In this document: positions 63,772 through 64,000 of the stretch, piece after piece | Position numbering within the stretch: position 1 is the stretch's first letter | Layout of the letters: every line of letters starts with the position of its first letter | Source of the DNA: Octopus sinensis | Lineage: Eukaryota | Assembly: GCF_006345805.1 (NCBI RefSeq) | Contig: NC_043001.1 | Span: forward strand, 20,956,001-21,020,000 | Direction: 5' to 3' | Length of the DNA: 64,000 nt | Position numbers and translations under genes: made by a program | Notes under the pieces: generated by a model | Databases searched by the model: none | What the model was told of the DNA's origin: nothing | Seen by the model: only the letters and a program-made list of their open reading frames with translations

Positions 63772-63963
63772 GCTTTTAAGCTAGCTTCTGTAGAGGTCTC
63801 TTTATTGGGCCTTGGGCCCAACAATGAATGATACTTCATGCAGTGAGTACATATTAAATTTTATTAAACTTAACCAATATTTTTCAAGCAATGAACAATT
63901 TTCATCAAAACAATGATAAATGTCGACTTTGGAACTAATTGCAAAGCTGCATGATAAACAACA
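63772..63963 (+). repeat. Unclassified dispersed repeat, copy 2
   Basis: See 53105-53300. Confidence 0.75.
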
Positions 63964-64000
63964 TTTTTTTGTCTTCCCATTCAGGGTTAGTACAATGTTT

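Overview
AT-rich, microsatellite-dense animal genomic DNA. The SINE/LINE families look like octopus (recognised from memory, not by search). The only host coding sequence I can support is the last coding exon of a PSKH1-type serine/threonine kinase on the minus strand (2956-3267). No upstream kinase exon is visible, so most of the window is probably intron. The rest is transposon debris: three tRNA-derived SINE families, RTE-clade and CR1/L2-type LINE fragments, a decayed Tc1, a DUF4817-type mariner-like deletion derivative, hAT and piggyBac-type MITEs, and a Helitron-like element. The standout signal is a cluster of type I hammerhead ribozyme (HHR) motifs at 32.1-38.1 kb. It comprises a 4-copy ~610-bp tandem array with one HHR per unit (retrozyme/circRNA-like), three further unrelated HHR motifs just upstream, and a tRNA-headed SINE-like element carrying its own HHR. 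All folds were done by eye and none was computed or tested. Almost all ORFs in the supplied track are microsatellite artefacts.
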